This document shows positions 26,546 through 40,698 of a stretch of DNA of 64,000 nucleotides, piece after piece (position 1 is the first letter of the stretch; every line of letters starts with the position of its first letter). The notes under the pieces were generated by a model. The model did no database searches and was not told where the DNA came from. It was given only the letters and a program-made list of their open reading frames with translations. This DNA is from Hemiscyllium ocellatum (taxonomy: Eukaryota), in assembly GCF_020745735.1 (NCBI RefSeq), contig NW_026867509.1:1612001-1676000 (forward strand), in the 5' to 3' direction. A program made the position numbers and the translations under genes.

Positions 26546-26757
26546 TTATTTAAGAAATCGACACACTGGATATTTAATCTCATTCTTTAACGCAATTCTG
26601 AATTTATTTTGGGTTCCAGCATAAATAAACGGGTTGATGCAGGAACAGGAAAATAAAAGCATAAATCCATTCTCCTCAAGGACAAATGTTGACTCACTGA
26701 AATCTGAACTTGAGAAGTTGGTAACTTTGGCAATTCGGACAAGATGGAGGACGAAGT
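26546..26757 (-). pseudogene. 3' remnant (ECL3, TM7, C-tail) of a third, more diverged GPR139-like GPCR
   Basis: LVRIAKVTNFSSSDFSESTFVLEENGFMLLFSCSCINPFIYAGTQNKFRIALKNEIKYPVCRFLK* aligns with the C-termini of copies A and B; 3' flank homology continues. Everything 5' is replaced by CR1 sequence. Confidence 0.9.
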
Positions 26758-28262
26758 GGGAAAGTGTGAGATCATGCATTTGGGTGGGAAGAATATACAA
26801 CATAGAACATAAAACATAGAAAAATACAGCGCAGTACAGTCCCTTCAGCCCTCGATGTTGCGCCGACCCAAGCCCACCTAATCTACACTAGACCACTATC
26901 CTCCATATGTCTATCCAATGCCCTTTTAAATGCCCATAAAGAGGGAGAGTCCACCACTGCTACTGACAGGGCATTCCATGAACTCACGACTCGCTGAGTA
27001 ACCAAACCTACCCCTATCATCTGTCCAGTGGCTACCACCCCTTAAATTAAAGCTTTGGCCCCTCGTAATAGCTGACTCCATACGTGGAATAAGGTTCTCA
27101 TGGTCAACCCTATCTAAACCCCTAATCATCTTGTACACCTCTATCAAGTCCCCACAAAACCTTCTTTTCTCCAATGAAAACAGACCCAAGTGCCTCAGCC
27201 TTTCCGCATACGATCTTCTTACCATACCAGGCAACATCCTGGTAAACCTCCTCTGCACATGTTCCAGTGCCTCCACGTCCTTCCCATAGTATGGCGACCA
27301 AAACTGCACACAATACTCCAGAGGCGGGCGCACCAGACTCTTACACAACCGCAACATGTCCTCAGAAAGCCGGAAACTCAATTCCTCTACCAATAAAAGC
27401 CAGTACGCCATATGCCTTCTTCACAGCACTATTTACCTGGGTGGCAACTTTCAGAGTTCTGTGTACATGGACACCAAGATCCCTCTGCTCATCCACACTA
27501 CCAAGTGTCCGATCATTAGCCCAGTACCGCATCTTCTTGTTACACAGATTATATAGGCAACGGTTATTTCCTAAATGGAAATATAATTCAAAGTCTGAGG
27601 TGCAAAGGTTCTTGGGAGTTCTAGTCCAGGATTCTTTCGATGTACCATTTCACGTTTAGTCAGTAGTAAGAAAGGTTAATGAAATGATGACGTTGACTTC
27701 AAGAGGATTTGAAGGTAATTGCAATGATGTGCTTCTGAAGCTCTATAAGGCACTGGTCAGACCACCACTGAAGTATTGTGCGTAGTTTTGTGCCCCATAT
27801 CTCAAGAAGGATGTAATGTCCCTGGAGCATGTTCAGAGGAGATTCAGAGGAATGGTCCCAGGAATGAAATGCTTAACATATGAGGAATATTTGAGCACTC
27901 TGGGTTTATAGTCGATAGACTTCAAAAAGACGGGAGGGCATCGAGTTGAAAATTACAGAACACTAATGTTAAGAAGATGATTCCATTTGAACAAGAGACT
28001 AGAACTCGACGACGTTGCCTTAGAGGGAAGGGAACACTTTTTCGAACGGAAATAAGGAGAAACTTCTTCAGCCAGACAGTGGTGACTTTATGGAATTCTT
28101 TGCCACAGAAGGTTGTAGAGGATAAATCATTGACCATATTTCAGACGGAGATAGAGAGGTTGTTGGGCATCAAACAGACCAACGGCTTATGGCGAGAAAA
28201 TGGGAGAATGATTTTGAGAAACTTTAACAGCCAACATTCAATGTCAGAATACGCTCGATGGG
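26758..28262 (+). mobile_element. CR1 3' fragment, interrupted by a second CR1
   Basis: KCEIMHLGGKN start; ...ALVRPPLKYC..., RTEIRRNFFSQTVVTLWNSLPQ and the 3' UTR ctcgatgggctg resume after 27541. Confidence 0.85.
26800..27540 (-). mobile_element. Younger 5'-truncated CR1 inserted antisense into the previous CR1, candidate 4-bp TSD TACA
   Basis: Minus ORF LCKSLVRPPLEYCVQFWSPYYGKDVEALEHVQRRFTRMLPGM; (TTCTATG)-like tail at 26800; TACA at 26796-26799 and 27541-27544. Confidence 0.9.
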
Positions 28263-29501
28263 CTGGGTTTACTCTGTGTCTTATATCGAATACATTCGAA
28301 CAATACGCAATGCAAGAGATTAGAGAATTTCTTCTCTATTGATACATAGATTCACACAAGAAATCTTCCCAAAATATCCGACCTGGCCATGTATTCCTAT
28401 CAGCAATGTATATTTCAAAGCAGTAGGATCACACTGTAAGATGGGTAAGAAAATAATAAAACAGATACATTTTACTCATAAAATGCCTGAACAAATGAGT
28501 TCAAGTTCCTAAAATCTCGATTAAAATTCGGTACCATGAACACTTTTTTTGCAATCAGATGTTTTGATACCAAATGTTGCAAGAACAAAGAGCGCCTGTT
28601 TTCACAGATTAGAGTCATGGAGCAATGCAGCAAAGATACAATTCATTCTGTCAATCTCGAGCCTTCATAAATGTTTCTGAAATGTTATAATTGCTCCTAC
28701 ATCTACCGCTTTCTTGGGCTATTAATTGCACGTACACATCAACCCCTACGTGACAAAATTACCCCCAAAGTTCCCTGAAATCTCTCCACACTCAGCTTAC
28801 ACATTTGTACTCCAGGTTTGAACTCGCGTACCCAGGCGAAGAGAACTTTAATATTCACCTTGTACACACCCCTGATAATGTTATGACCTCTTTTTGTTCG
28901 TCTTTCCACATCCTACTCTCTCTTTCTCTCAGGGGAAAAGTGTCTCAGCTTGTCATTGTACCTCATATTCTTTGGTCCTGTTAAGATGTTTGTAAGTCGT
29001 TTTCTGATAATGTCATAGCTAGTTAACTTCTCATCATGTCCCGAAAATATTCCCTCTATATTTTGCATTATTGTGGGTTTTCAATCTTTAATATGTGTAC
29101 TTCAATATTGAGATATGATCAATCATGTTAGTGTGATGATTCAGATTTTCATCAATGACCGACTGCTGTTCATTCAGTATGTCTTATCGAAAATGATGAG
29201 ATTCCAGGCTTTTTCCATCAGGAGATCAGTGGATGCAGTTAACAACAAGCCAGTTTCACAATCTGTATTCTCAATGAAAGTGAGCCGGGTTTTCCACACA
29301 TCACCAAATACAAGGGTGCCAATGAGATACGTCTCATAATCAGTTCAATAATTAATAGCACCAATCCATGTGAATGACTTTAGATTTTCTTCTGACAGAT
29401 AGTCTTCAAGCATTTCTTCACGGGAATGTAAATAAGTGTCAGTGTGTAACCCGTTATAAACAGCGCTCAACAGGCAGCAGCTGATAAACAGATACTGCAG
29501 C

Positions 29502-29540
29502 AGATATTGTACAAGGCTTTCATTCTTTCCCATTACTCTG
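29502..29540 (-). other. Degenerate 23-RSS (CAGAGTA - 23 nt - ACAATATCT)
   Basis: Directly follows AVY*CATT on the minus strand. Confidence 0.7.
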
Positions 29541-29936
29541 AGTCGTTGCACATTAATAGACTGCGGATTCTGATAGCACCAACTCTGAGATGGTCAATCA
29601 GTAAAACTTCTCTGCCTGCTGGACAGTATCAGGAAAGTGGTTCTGAGCGAAATCCGCCTAGTTTTCAGAAATACTACTCTTGTACCTCTGGATTGCGAAC
29701 TCAGACTGTCTGCCCGGCTACAAACAGTACCAGAATAAGTAATGATCATTTCAGCTGTAGGTGCAGTTTAAAGAGAGGTCTTCCGCTGAGTGACAGAATC
29801 TGCATCGTTCAGCTCTGAAACACAATGTAATGGAAAGCCGAAATCAGTGATAAAATGTATGAGTGAACTCAACTAAATTCGCAACACTTTCTTACCGAGA
29901 GCAGAAAAGACGTTCATTTTTTACAGTCAGGCTCAT
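29541..29936 (-). pseudogene. Inverted TCR V pseudogene, unit B
   Basis: DADSVTQR..., then LNCTYS*NDHYLFWYCL*PGRQSEFAIQRYKSSISEN*ADFAQNHFPDTVQQAEKFY*LTISELVLSESAVY*CATT; multiple stops and an FR1 deletion. Confidence 0.9.
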
Positions 29937-31403
29937 GCCAATGTGTAAACACTGGCGTCTTGCCTATTTCTTCCTCCCGTGCTTGCAGAAAACACTCCAT
30001 CCGATTCACCTGCACCCGTTTATCTGGCTTCCTTTTAAATAAATCATTCTGTTTTCTCCAAATGCTTCATGTCGTAATGACATACATATTTCTGCCTGGT
30101 CTGAAGTTAAATATATTTCTCTTCAAATCCTCATTGCAGAGACTGTGCCACGGGCATTTTCTCATTTAAACTTACAGACCTGAAATTCTTCACAAGTGGT
30201 CTATTCCTCTCCATGTCCGAAGCCAAACATATTTGCTTCATTCTAAATACTTCAGTCCATTTGTCCGTCAGTCTTCTCATTATTGGCCAAAGGATCTGAA
30301 GCTTATACGCTGTTTTGTGACAGCTATAATCTCTCAATATAGCTTCGTTCGCAAAGCTCACTTCTATATTGTGTTCCGTGTACTTTTGTTCCTCATTCAA
30401 GATTGATCGCAAAAGTGTATGTTAAAACCAAAAAGTGTTCCAATCCAGCTCCGATACTTGCCAAAAGCAAGTATGGTATTTGTCAAATTTATTCCTCGAG
30501 AAAATAAATGCGATTTAAAATTTTGTTATTCCCAATAATGGAAGTAACCAAGACCAGAAAGACAATGGAGAGCCACATTACTGTTGCGCCGGAATGTGAG
30601 AAATGTTTCTGTGCCTCAGAAATCACAACAACAGCAGTCAACACAAAGCTGACAGCACCAGCTGTCTTTTATTTGATGTCACTTCCCGTGTTTAATGTGA
30701 TAGGATGAACGAGTTACGACAACGTCAACGTTTATGTGAAAGAAGAGAGACATCAATTGTGCGCTCGGATGTTCAGAAAATAATACGTAAACACAGTTGG
30801 GTCGCCACTAACTGACTAAAGGGACAATATGCAGACTCACTAAATGTTGAACCAATTTGATCTTTAACTGGTCAGGGATTCAGCTTGAAGTCAAACTGAG
30901 TGGACAATTCGCCTTACCGTTTAATGATCTGAAAGAAGTCGTTTCCGTGCAAGAATGCAGTTGTTGAAATTAGATTGAGTGGTTCATTTTTCATGCTCCA
31001 TCACAAGTTAGACTGAGTTTGTGAAGTGGTGACTGGGAAATTTCTATGTGGGATGCAGCAGACAAAAATTTTCTGGTGTCTCTTGATGTTAGCAGCATAC
31101 AAACGAATAATTACCAATGAACAGGAGAAACCGGATATTTCACGTGCATTTTCAGGGAGAATTGATAACTGCACCCAATTTCCTCTGCCAATGCCTCACT
31201 GTGAAGTTAATTTGCACCTGAAATCACTCTTATCTTTTTCTGAGTTGACAGAAGCAGTCATGTAGAGGCATTGTCCTCTTGCAATTGCTTTCTTAGTACT
31301 AGTAATCAATGTATTTCTTTTCACAGTCGCTTAGCTTTTCAGATTATTCGATTTCTGCCCCTGCGTCTCTCATTAACATATCATGGTGTCAGACCGCAAC
31401 AGA

Positions 31404-31714
31404 GTCGGCACGATGGCACAGTGGTTAGCACTGCTGTCTCACAACGCCTGAGACTGGGGTTCAATTCCCGAATCAGGCGACTGACTGGGTGGAGTTTGCA
31501 CATTCTCCCCGTGTCAGCGTGAGTTTCCTCTGGGTGCTCCGGTTTCCTCACACAATCCAAAGATGTGCGGGTCAGGTGAATTGGCCATGCTAAATTGCCC
31601 ATAATGTTAGATAAGGGGTAAATGTAGGGGTATGGGTGGTTTGCGCTTCGGCGTGTCAGTGTGCACTTGTTGTGCCGAAGGGCATGTTTCCACACTGTAA
31701 GTAATCTAATCTTA
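31404..31714 (+). mobile_element. tRNA-derived V-SINE (HE1-like shark SINE), present only in unit B
   Basis: ggcacagtggttagcactgct (A box), ggttcaattcc (B box), V-core ggagtttgcacattctccccgtgtc...ccggtttcctc...ccaaagatgtgc, CR1-like tail ending taatctaatct. Empty site in units A (~9142) and C (~59920). Confidence 0.9.
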
Positions 31715-32212
31715 TAAAGGATCGTGAATATCCCCTCATAGTGGAGTTAGCAGATAGCAGAGAAGATGAACTACGTCTATGTTTTATGTCAAATCTGATG
31801 ACATTTTTGCAAAGTTTAAACAGTAACAGCAGTGGTCGAATGTCTTTAACTAACGGTCTTTGCAAAGTCTTCAAATGTCATTGCTGAACCCAACACTTGA
31901 GAAACAGAATCTGCAGGGACACGACTTGCAGAAATTTAGAAATGTCATCATCTAGCTATGGCACCAAATATCACCTGATAACGCAACAGTGTAGAAATGC
32001 ATAGAATGCATAATTAAAACAACGTTAGCAATGCCTTTATGTGAAACATTCTGTATATTTTAACATTAGTTTCAATTATGACAGATGCCTTTGCAAACAA
32101 TGCATTGAAAGCAAAAGTCATGATTCTACGCTGTGAATACAGGATTACACAAAATAAACTGACAATGAAATTGTTGAATTCAAGAATTCCGTTAATGTTG
32201 AATAATATCCAG

Positions 32213-32490
32213 TCTCTCTGATGGCTCATTGCTGACAGATTAAGCAGGTGTGATCCAAGAGCTCACAGCTCATTTATTCATCGGTTCCTCACACCAGACT
32301 GGCAGCAGTGAAAGGAATGGAGACCAGGGCAGGAATTAAACTGAATTCTGGACCTTGGATTATTTCAGTCTGGAACACCCGCAGCCTGAAGGAAAAAGAA
32401 ACTCATGTCGTGTTGGTTTCAGGTTGGAAAGTTCACATTAATTTATTTGCACTGTGACAACTGAGCTCCCCACAGCTACAATTAAGAGAT
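32213..32490 (+). pseudogene. VH-like decayed V, unit B copy
   Basis: Paralog of 9659-9935; RPGQELN*IL and NLFAL* retained. Confidence 0.45.
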
Positions 32491-32815
32491 AGATGTGGAA
32501 GAATTTCATTTTTCCGAAAGTTGTCAGTCTTTCAACATTTGCCACAGATATATGTGAGATCAAAGTTCCAATACAGAGTGATAGTAAATTTAATTTAAAA
32601 TAAAACCTGTAGGACAAAGACAAGTTTAAAATTCTGATAGTTAAAATTAAAATGCTTCTTTGATCACTAATCATCAGGAGAATATGTATTCTTTCAGTAT
32701 GTTTTTCATTTTCGATATGACAGTCATCAAACACATTTTGTCAGATCTCTATTTAAATAAGAGGAATGTCTTTCCAGCTCCTCGAATTAGGAGAAGGTGA
32801 GGACTGCAGAGCACA

Positions 32816-33005
32816 GCAGATCAGGAAACATCCGAGGAGGAGGAGAATCGACGTTTTGGATAAAAGCCCTATAAGCCTTTCAACATTAGTCACACATATC
32901 TAAGTGATTCTGACACCTGATGAAGGGACATACATTTCCAGTAAAGGGCTTATGCCCAAAACGTCGATTATCTGCTCCTCATATGCTGCCTGATTGGCTG
33001 TGCTT
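32816..33005. repeat. Inverted-arm repeat with decayed hammerhead-like motifs, unit B copy
   Basis: Paralog of 10266-10450; CTGATGA core at 32917-32923. Confidence 0.6.
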
Positions 33006-34288
33006 TCTCAGCAACACACATTTGACTCAGTTCCTCGAAACAGAAGAGTAAATACTGATAATACATATGTGTGAAGAAGCAGATCGACAGAATATGTCTT
33101 CATTCAGCTTCTCTGTCCCAGCTGTACCATTAATTATTATCTAAACCAGGATGGCAGAAGTGGACGTGATATTTGGAAATCTTATTTCCCCAGTTAGACT
33201 TGAATCGGGATAACGTTAATCCACACGGGGGCTATTCATGAAGATATAGAGTATTGAAACATGATAAGTAATGTCTTCCATGTTTAAACAGCAGGTCACA
33301 GTTCGGAGACGACATTGTTACTATTTTATTCTATCTGTTCCAACTGCAGTGGAGAGCGTCCTTGTATACGAAAACAGAAATTGCTTGGGCAGCTAAGCAG
33401 GTTTGCCATTGTTTATGGATAGAAAATAGACTTAGCAGTTCGGCAGTGATCCATTAACTCTGATTTTGCTCGATAGATGCTGCCAGACCTGCTGAAGTTT
33501 TCCAGCAATTTCTGCTTTTGTTTCTCATTTCTATCATACAGAAATTACTGCCATGCGGCATTCTTATCATCGATTCAATCATCAATGCAGTTGGGCAGTG
33601 ATCTGCATTTATGGTTTGACAGAATATAAACTGCATTGCAGAAGTTCAAAGTGAGAAATCGATATTTGGAGATGACTCAAACCGCCCCTCGTCTTTGTAC
33701 CTATTCTCAGTAAATATTTTCGTTTCAGAAAAAGACAAACAGACTGTTACAATACAAATGTTATACTTGGTCGAATAACAGACATAGTGGCAAAGATATA
33801 GGCTGTCATTTTTTCAACTGTTTTCCATGTGTTAAAATGGAGCCAGCATGATATTGCGGAACACCTCTTTTCCGATTTAAAAAATGAGGAAGGAGAGAAT
33901 GTCGCATTGACCTATAACTGCAAGGAAAATTGCCCTCATGCTTTTGAATACTGATCATCAGAGACCCAAGCTGCTGCCGCAGGCCATTTTTCCGATTACT
34001 CGGAGGGACGTCCAGATGGACAATGCTATTACTGATTGATTTCCTTCCATAACTGTGGAGGTAAGCTAATAATAAAGGGATTTCCTACAGCAGAATACAA
34101 AGTCAAGTAGCAGTAGCCTTGTCTTAAAGTCAATTGTCTGTCCAACAGTTCCCTGATAAAGTGTTCTCGGAAACGTCTCATGATGAAAAGAATTAGCTGC
34201 AAAACAGCATGAAATCTGAACAAATTCAACATACAATTATAATAATACAGAAATTATGTGCCGCTGCACAAATTTGAAATAAGCACAA

Positions 34289-34339
<51 letters not shown>
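34289..34339. repeat. (ATCT)n microsatellite, ~12-13 units
   Basis: Read directly. Confidence 0.95.
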
Positions 34340-35619
34340 TTATTTATCTGTCTATCCAAACAAAAGTAGTCCTCCGCTTTAGTCCATGAATATGCTTTTA
34401 ATGTTGCATGTGCACAATGTCTGATTTGACTTAATTATCTACAATTTATCATCGTCCTCTGATTTTGTCAAGTAATGAGGAATGAGTTCATGAATTGTGA
34501 ATTCACTAGTTTTCGTCAATTTCTTGTTTTGGGGAATGTTTAACAGAAATCAGACACAAAACACGATGCAAGACCCTTGTGGCCATATCCACTGTTTCTC
34601 TCAATACGTCTTCGTCGCACAGGAATACACTGCAGCGTCTGCGACCACTTTGTCACTAAAAGAAAAGGATTTGAACAACATTTATTATCGGTCCCTGAAG
34701 CCAGAATGGCACTTCAGAATCAAACACATAGCTGTGGGCCGGTAATACCTTTTATCCTGACGAGGTGAGGATATAAGATTCCCTAAACACGGAAATATTT
34801 GGTATTTGTGGCACAAGAACGAGTGGAAATACTTCAGCGCCCAAATATCCACCTGAATCCGAACGGCTAGCATATTAAACTGCACTGCCGAAACTTGACA
34901 AGATACGCTGTCAGAAACCTAGACTGGGACATGAAATATCCCCGGATAATCTGAGATATTTACTGAAGATATATGAAGGATATTTTCAAGTCTCCAGAAT
35001 TGCAGGACAGAATCTATTTTAACTTGCACAAAGGAAACGAAGTGTTTACTGTAGGCATCGTGTGGCTGGTAAACTGAAAGCACCATGGTTTTTTGAGCTC
35101 TGGAGCTCACACACTGATGCAGAGACACCGCAGACCGAGTGTAAACATCTAGCTTCTGAATCACGGAGATGGACACCGGATGGTGTTCTCACACCGATGA
35201 CCAGAAGCAACTACTCCATTTTCATAGTGAAAAGCAGTTGTTCAAATTTGGAATGAATGGAATAAAAGAGAGCCTGGTTTGGCTAGCATCATGTGGAGAC
35301 AAATGTGATGACAATATTGCAATTTTATTAAGTAGAATATGGTGCAAAATCTTTTGAGCCGACAACCTGAATTTCATTGTAGCTTCTATGTTTTGCAAGA
35401 TTCTGCGTGGTTAGATATACATGGATTTTGAATTGCAGGGGCTAACTAGGAAGAGTCAGAATTGACGATTGTATGGGAGTAAGGCCTCTGATAATGTTCC
35501 ACATAGTAGGCTGTTCTGGAAGGTTCGACTGCATGAATGGGAGGGAGTTGCAAACTTGAGTACACAATTGGCTTCATGGTCGGAAGCAGAGCATAATATC
35601 GGAAGGATTGGGAACCTGT

Positions 35620-36540
35620 GACAAGTGTCCGCCCTCAGAGGAGGCCGCTGGAGCCAGTGTTGTTTGCAATCTATAACAATGTTTCGCATGAAAATTCAGA
35701 AGGAAGGATTACTAGGTTTTCATAGGACACGAAAGGAGGAGATAACGCAGATATGAGCAAAGTTGTCTGCAATTGCAGCACGACCTTTAACCAGCTGGAC
35801 AAGTGTTCAGAGAAATTGGACGTGGAGTTGATTATAGATAAGTGTGAGGTCCTGCAATTTGGAAAGTCAAATCAGGTTAGATTATTCATGGTGAATGAGG
35901 GCCTGATCGAGTGTAGCGAAACAAAAGCAAGTTTTGGTTCAGGTGCACAGTTTTCTGCAAGTGGAGTCTGTTTAATTTAAATGTGTTTCGTGTTGAAAAG
36001 CTAATGAATGTATTGGTAGAGGGACTACATCAAAGTTGTTCACATGTACTTCATTGAGATCTTTGACAAGGTTCCTAAGTGAAAAGCTTGCCCAAAAGAA
36101 AAAAAAAAGCTTCAATGTATCTTTTGACAAAGACCTAAAAATACTTTGTAGATAGGAGGAAAAAGATCATGATGGAGCGTTATTTTTGTGATCTGAAGCC
36201 TGTGACCAGTGACATACCACAAGTGTCCATGCTGCAGCCCTTGCTGTTTGCTATGTGCATAAACGACTTATATCTGAATGCAGACGATATAATTAGTACG
36301 TTTGCAAAATTCACGGAAAGTGATGATGTTATGGACGATGCGGTATAACCAAAGTTTGACATGGATGAGCTATCAAATTAGGGAGAATAATGGTGAGTGG
36401 AGTTTATTCCTGGCAGGTGAGATGTTATGCTTTTTCAGAACGCTAATAAAAGAAGGATACACGCAATGTTTGTCAGGAAGCAATTAGGAGCAAAAGATCT
36501 GGAGGCCTACAAGTCCACAGATCCCTGAAGATGTCAGCAA
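35620..36540 (+). mobile_element. Decayed CR1 RT fragments, unit B copy
   Basis: Paralog of 13100-14000 (DKCEVLQFGKSNQ). Confidence 0.75.
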
Positions 36541-36569
36541 GTGTCGCACTTTGGTTGGAGATTAACTAG

Positions 36570-36822
36570 TACTATTTTCGCTATACTGATAATCCAGAGG
36601 CCCTGGTCAGGTTCTGGGGACACGTGTTCGAATTCTGCCATGGAAGATGGTGGAACTTGAGCTGATGGTTTTAAAAGCTCAACTGTTTCAGCAAGATGCG
36701 TCAGAGAATGAATCTGTCACCTGGTTTCGCCTACATGTGACTACAGATGAACAGCAATGTGATTGAGTCTTAACTGCTTAAATGCTAATCTAGACAGTGG
36801 TGTCCTCATCCCTTGAATGAAT
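36570..36822 (+). mobile_element. SacSINE1/DeuSINE-like SINE, unit B copy
   Basis: Paralog of 14030-14285. Confidence 0.7.
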
Positions 36823-37489
36823 TGTTACCACTCGGGATAAATCCTTCTGCTAAATGGAACTAAACACCCAGAAAAGCTCATCCCAACTCATAATCTGTTA
36901 AAGTATTAGTAACAATAAAATTAATATTTAAAGAAAAAATGTTTTACATCTAGAAAAACAAGAGGATGAAAGAACCTCTATCGACATTGTACGCCTCCTT
37001 TGTCGAAAGGAGATATCTACTTCCCATTCTGTAACAATATAATGATCTGGTAACAACCACCCCCGAATATGTTTCAAAAAATCAAATTTCGAAACAAGCC
37101 AGCTGCCGCTTTTCCATTGGTACCTTCTTGCCTTCTTTTCTCCGGTCTTCTTCACAGATTTCATGTGAAATGATATCTTCCAAGACAGCTTCACTACGGG
37201 CAATTTAACTTTCAGTGAGACAGTCTGCAGACAGTATGATGTTCTTTGTCGCTCATGTAACTGTTCAATATGTCCGAGTTCCATACACCAAAACATCGGA
37301 TCAACTCATTGGTTTGATGTCGTAAAAACATTAAAAATCAAATTCGATCGGATATTGGTATCTTGGGACATAATTTACACTGATTGTTCAAATTCGAATT
37401 TGGTGTATAACATAGCAACTCTGCTCCTGCTATTTGTTTCATTTCCAGATGTTACATTTTTAAACTTTCCATCACATTCTGTTTGTTAA

Positions 37490-38100
37490 GTCCTTGCCTG
37501 CTTTCAAACTCTCTTAAAGGAACAGTACACGCCTACAACTTCATAACAGAATAGAAAAAAAATCGCGAGGGTGATGAACAAGGCAAATGGTCTGTTTGCC
37601 TTCATTTGTTGGGTCATTTAATGCAGTGGCAAGAAAGTTTTGTTGCAAACTCATAAAACATTGCTTAAGCCAGAGATGCATCACCACTTATCATTCTGTT
37701 CGTCCCTCAACGGGCAAACTTCCATTGCACTGGAGAAATACAAACCGGGTGTTGCCTGTAACGAAGATACTCGGGTTGAATATGTTTCTCTTTGAACAAA
37801 CACAAGTTGGTTTGGGAGAATCTGATTGAGGTGTGTCCAACAATCAGCGGAAGAGATAGAAAAGTTCGAGAGATTTTATTTTCCACATCGATACGTGTCG
37901 AAGACCAGAAAGCATATGTTAAAGATGAGGACAAAGAAGCGCAGAAGCAACCTGAGAAATAGAATATCATGTGGAGGTGGACGACATATGGAATGTACTG
38001 CCTGGAACGATGGTGGAGTTGGAAACACACTCAACATGTAAAGACCATCAAGATGAATACGAATAATGCCAGTGCATAGTGGTTTCAGGTCCCGTTGCAG
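37490..38100 (+). mobile_element. Decayed CR1 3' fragment, unit B copy
   Basis: Paralog of 14950-15560. Confidence 0.72.
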
Positions 38101-39799
38101 ACAAGTGTAATTGTTGCAAATTTGTGTCCTCAAGCTGTCAATTGGCACTGTGAATAAATGAGTGATAAATGTAAAAATAATAACAACGATACTGCTTTCT
38201 GTGTATTCTGTCACTGCAAATCAAGAATCTGAAGATTGTAGATTATCACATCTCGGCTGACAGGCACGGAGAAGGGCAGCTCATTGGAGTTAGAACACAA
38301 ACAGCATATGAAACGTAAAGTACAGTCGAGCCAGAGTTGAATTGTGTTTTAAGTGGAAGAACTTTGTATGTTCTTCAGATCTCTTTGCCCAATAATAGTA
38401 CATTCTATCTTTATGTTCTGACAGGCATATTGACCTTTGTGGGAAAAAAACCGGAATGTTTCGAATTAAAATGATCTAGCGGTCAGATCAGGGGAGTCAC
38501 AACTACCAGCCCTCAGGCAGTTGGACAAACTGAATTCCAGAGAAATTAGGGATGAACAATAAATGCTAAGAAAACCAGCGATATTTATGTCGCATAAAAT
38601 AATAATTTTTCTCTACTGGCATGTTTTTCAAAGCAGTGCACGCGTGTAAAATGGGAGAAAACCGCCCTGTGTGATTGCTGGTCTTAAACCATTTCGAAAT
38701 TCTTCCAATCAATTCAAGCTAACAAAGTTCTGATCAGTTACATCGCGTTCTGGGAGCACAAGACAGTGAGATGATACATGAATGAAGACTATTTAGAGTA
38801 TAGTGTCGAACCAGTGACTTCAAAACTTCGACACTCCTTGCATAGAGCGTCCAGGACAATGCAGCTGCTTGGAGTTTCCGTTATGGAGTCAGCATTTCTA
38901 ACAGCTAACTGTCTCATCACTTTCCATTATTTCTCTCGCCTTCCAGGTATGATATGAAACTGATTTTGAAATATCGATTACTCTGATCCTTTCGTCCTCG
39001 ATCATGTTTGTTTTATCAAATGTGAGTGAGATGGATTCTCACTCACCTGCTGTCACCTGATGTTTCGGCAGAAGGAGAAGCGATGATTTGAAGTTGTTCC
39101 GATGACACCACCCGGACTGAATCTTATTTATTCTAGTACCAACAACATCTATATTCAAAGCCTGAACTTATTCTGTGGAGACATTCCAGTGGCTCTAATA
39201 TAAAGCGGATTTTGGTTGGTACGTGTTTAGAGCTGTAGATAGTAAATTATTTCACCAGTTTCGCAGGTCGGAAGCTGACTCACTCTGCAGTGAGTTACTG
39301 AGCTCTCACACAAAACCACTTGTGTCTCAGATTCTATTGTGCTGCGTTTCTTCTATAATGTTTCATTAAAATTGACCATGTCTGCATATCGTACATCGGG
39401 TCCTCTCTGATTCATCACTGCATTCTCGTATTTCTGCTCATAAAGCATTGCCCTCTGCCTTCACCTGCGTCACAATTGTCAAGACCTCAATTATTTTTAC
39501 CATCAACATCACTTAAGTAAATTAAACATTGCTTCAGTCAATTTTAAAAGAAAAATTGTGTCAATTTATTCCATACCAGACGCCACCGTGGTTTACAATA
39601 TGCCTGCCCATTACGGAGGACAATTAATGTTCTTTTTCTGGTAAAATAGAAATAAACAAGAGAATAAAACGTACAGGAACAATGATACCACAAGTTCTGC
39701 CTGTTTACATTGCATCTTTACAATCCCATTGTTGTTACGTTGTACTTCTGGAAAATTGTACATGATTTCTAGTGAATAATCATATTTTCCAGTTTCGAA

Positions 39800-40698
39800 T
39801 CATTTAAGAAATTGTCGCAACAGATATTTCAGCCCGTTCTTTAATTCGTCTCTGAACTTATTTTGGGTTCCAGCATAAATAAACGGATTGATGCAGGAAC
39901 ACAAAAATAAAAGCATAAATCCATTCTCCTCAAGGATAAATGTCGATGTGCTGGAAAGTGAACCTGAAAAATAGGTCACTTTCACAATTCGGACATAGAG
40001 GATCGTTGTAAAAGATAACAAATACAACAAAAGGAAACTGCCTGAAATGGCAAAGAGTAAAGTGATGGACTTTTTCCGCTTCTCCATCTCTGGGTCTCTC
40101 TGATTCTCTTTGTGACTATCCGCCCTGAGTCTCCTTCGGGCTCCATTGGCCAGAAGAATATATCTAATCGTCAAAACATTGAGCAGTAAAATCAGGACGA
40201 ATGGGAGAAGAGGGTTGAAAATGCTACGAAATAAATCATATGCGGCCCAAACAGGTGACTCATAAAATATCAATTTTAGGTTGCAGAACCAGGATACATT
40301 GTTAATTGTATACACAGGTTCATATATAAAATACAAAAATGCATTTTTTATGCAACACAGCGTAGACACGATCCCTATGACCCATGCTGCGACCATTCTG
40401 GTGCAATATTTTATTTTCAGCTTCTGACAAGAAATCACCACAAATCGATCAAACGTGAAAGCGGCAGTAAGCCAAGCAGAACAGTCTACAGTGGTGGAAT
40501 TTAAGACAGCACGAAGTCTGCAAACTGGAGTAATGGACAGAAAACTGTATGGAAAGTAAATCCCAGGTATACGGTTTAATATTACACAGGTTACCAGGAC
40601 CAGGAGGTCTGCCACCGCAATGGACACCAGGTAAAGTATCATACACCCAGACAAACCACATTGCCTTCGAGGCAAGATCGCAATCACAGCCAAATTCG
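39800..40698 (-). CDS. GPR139-like class A GPCR, copy B, exon 2 (899 nt)
   Basis: Same length as copy A, no indels or stops, 16 aa differences; DRF and NPFIY intact; acceptor tttcAG at 40699-40700. Confidence 0.95.
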
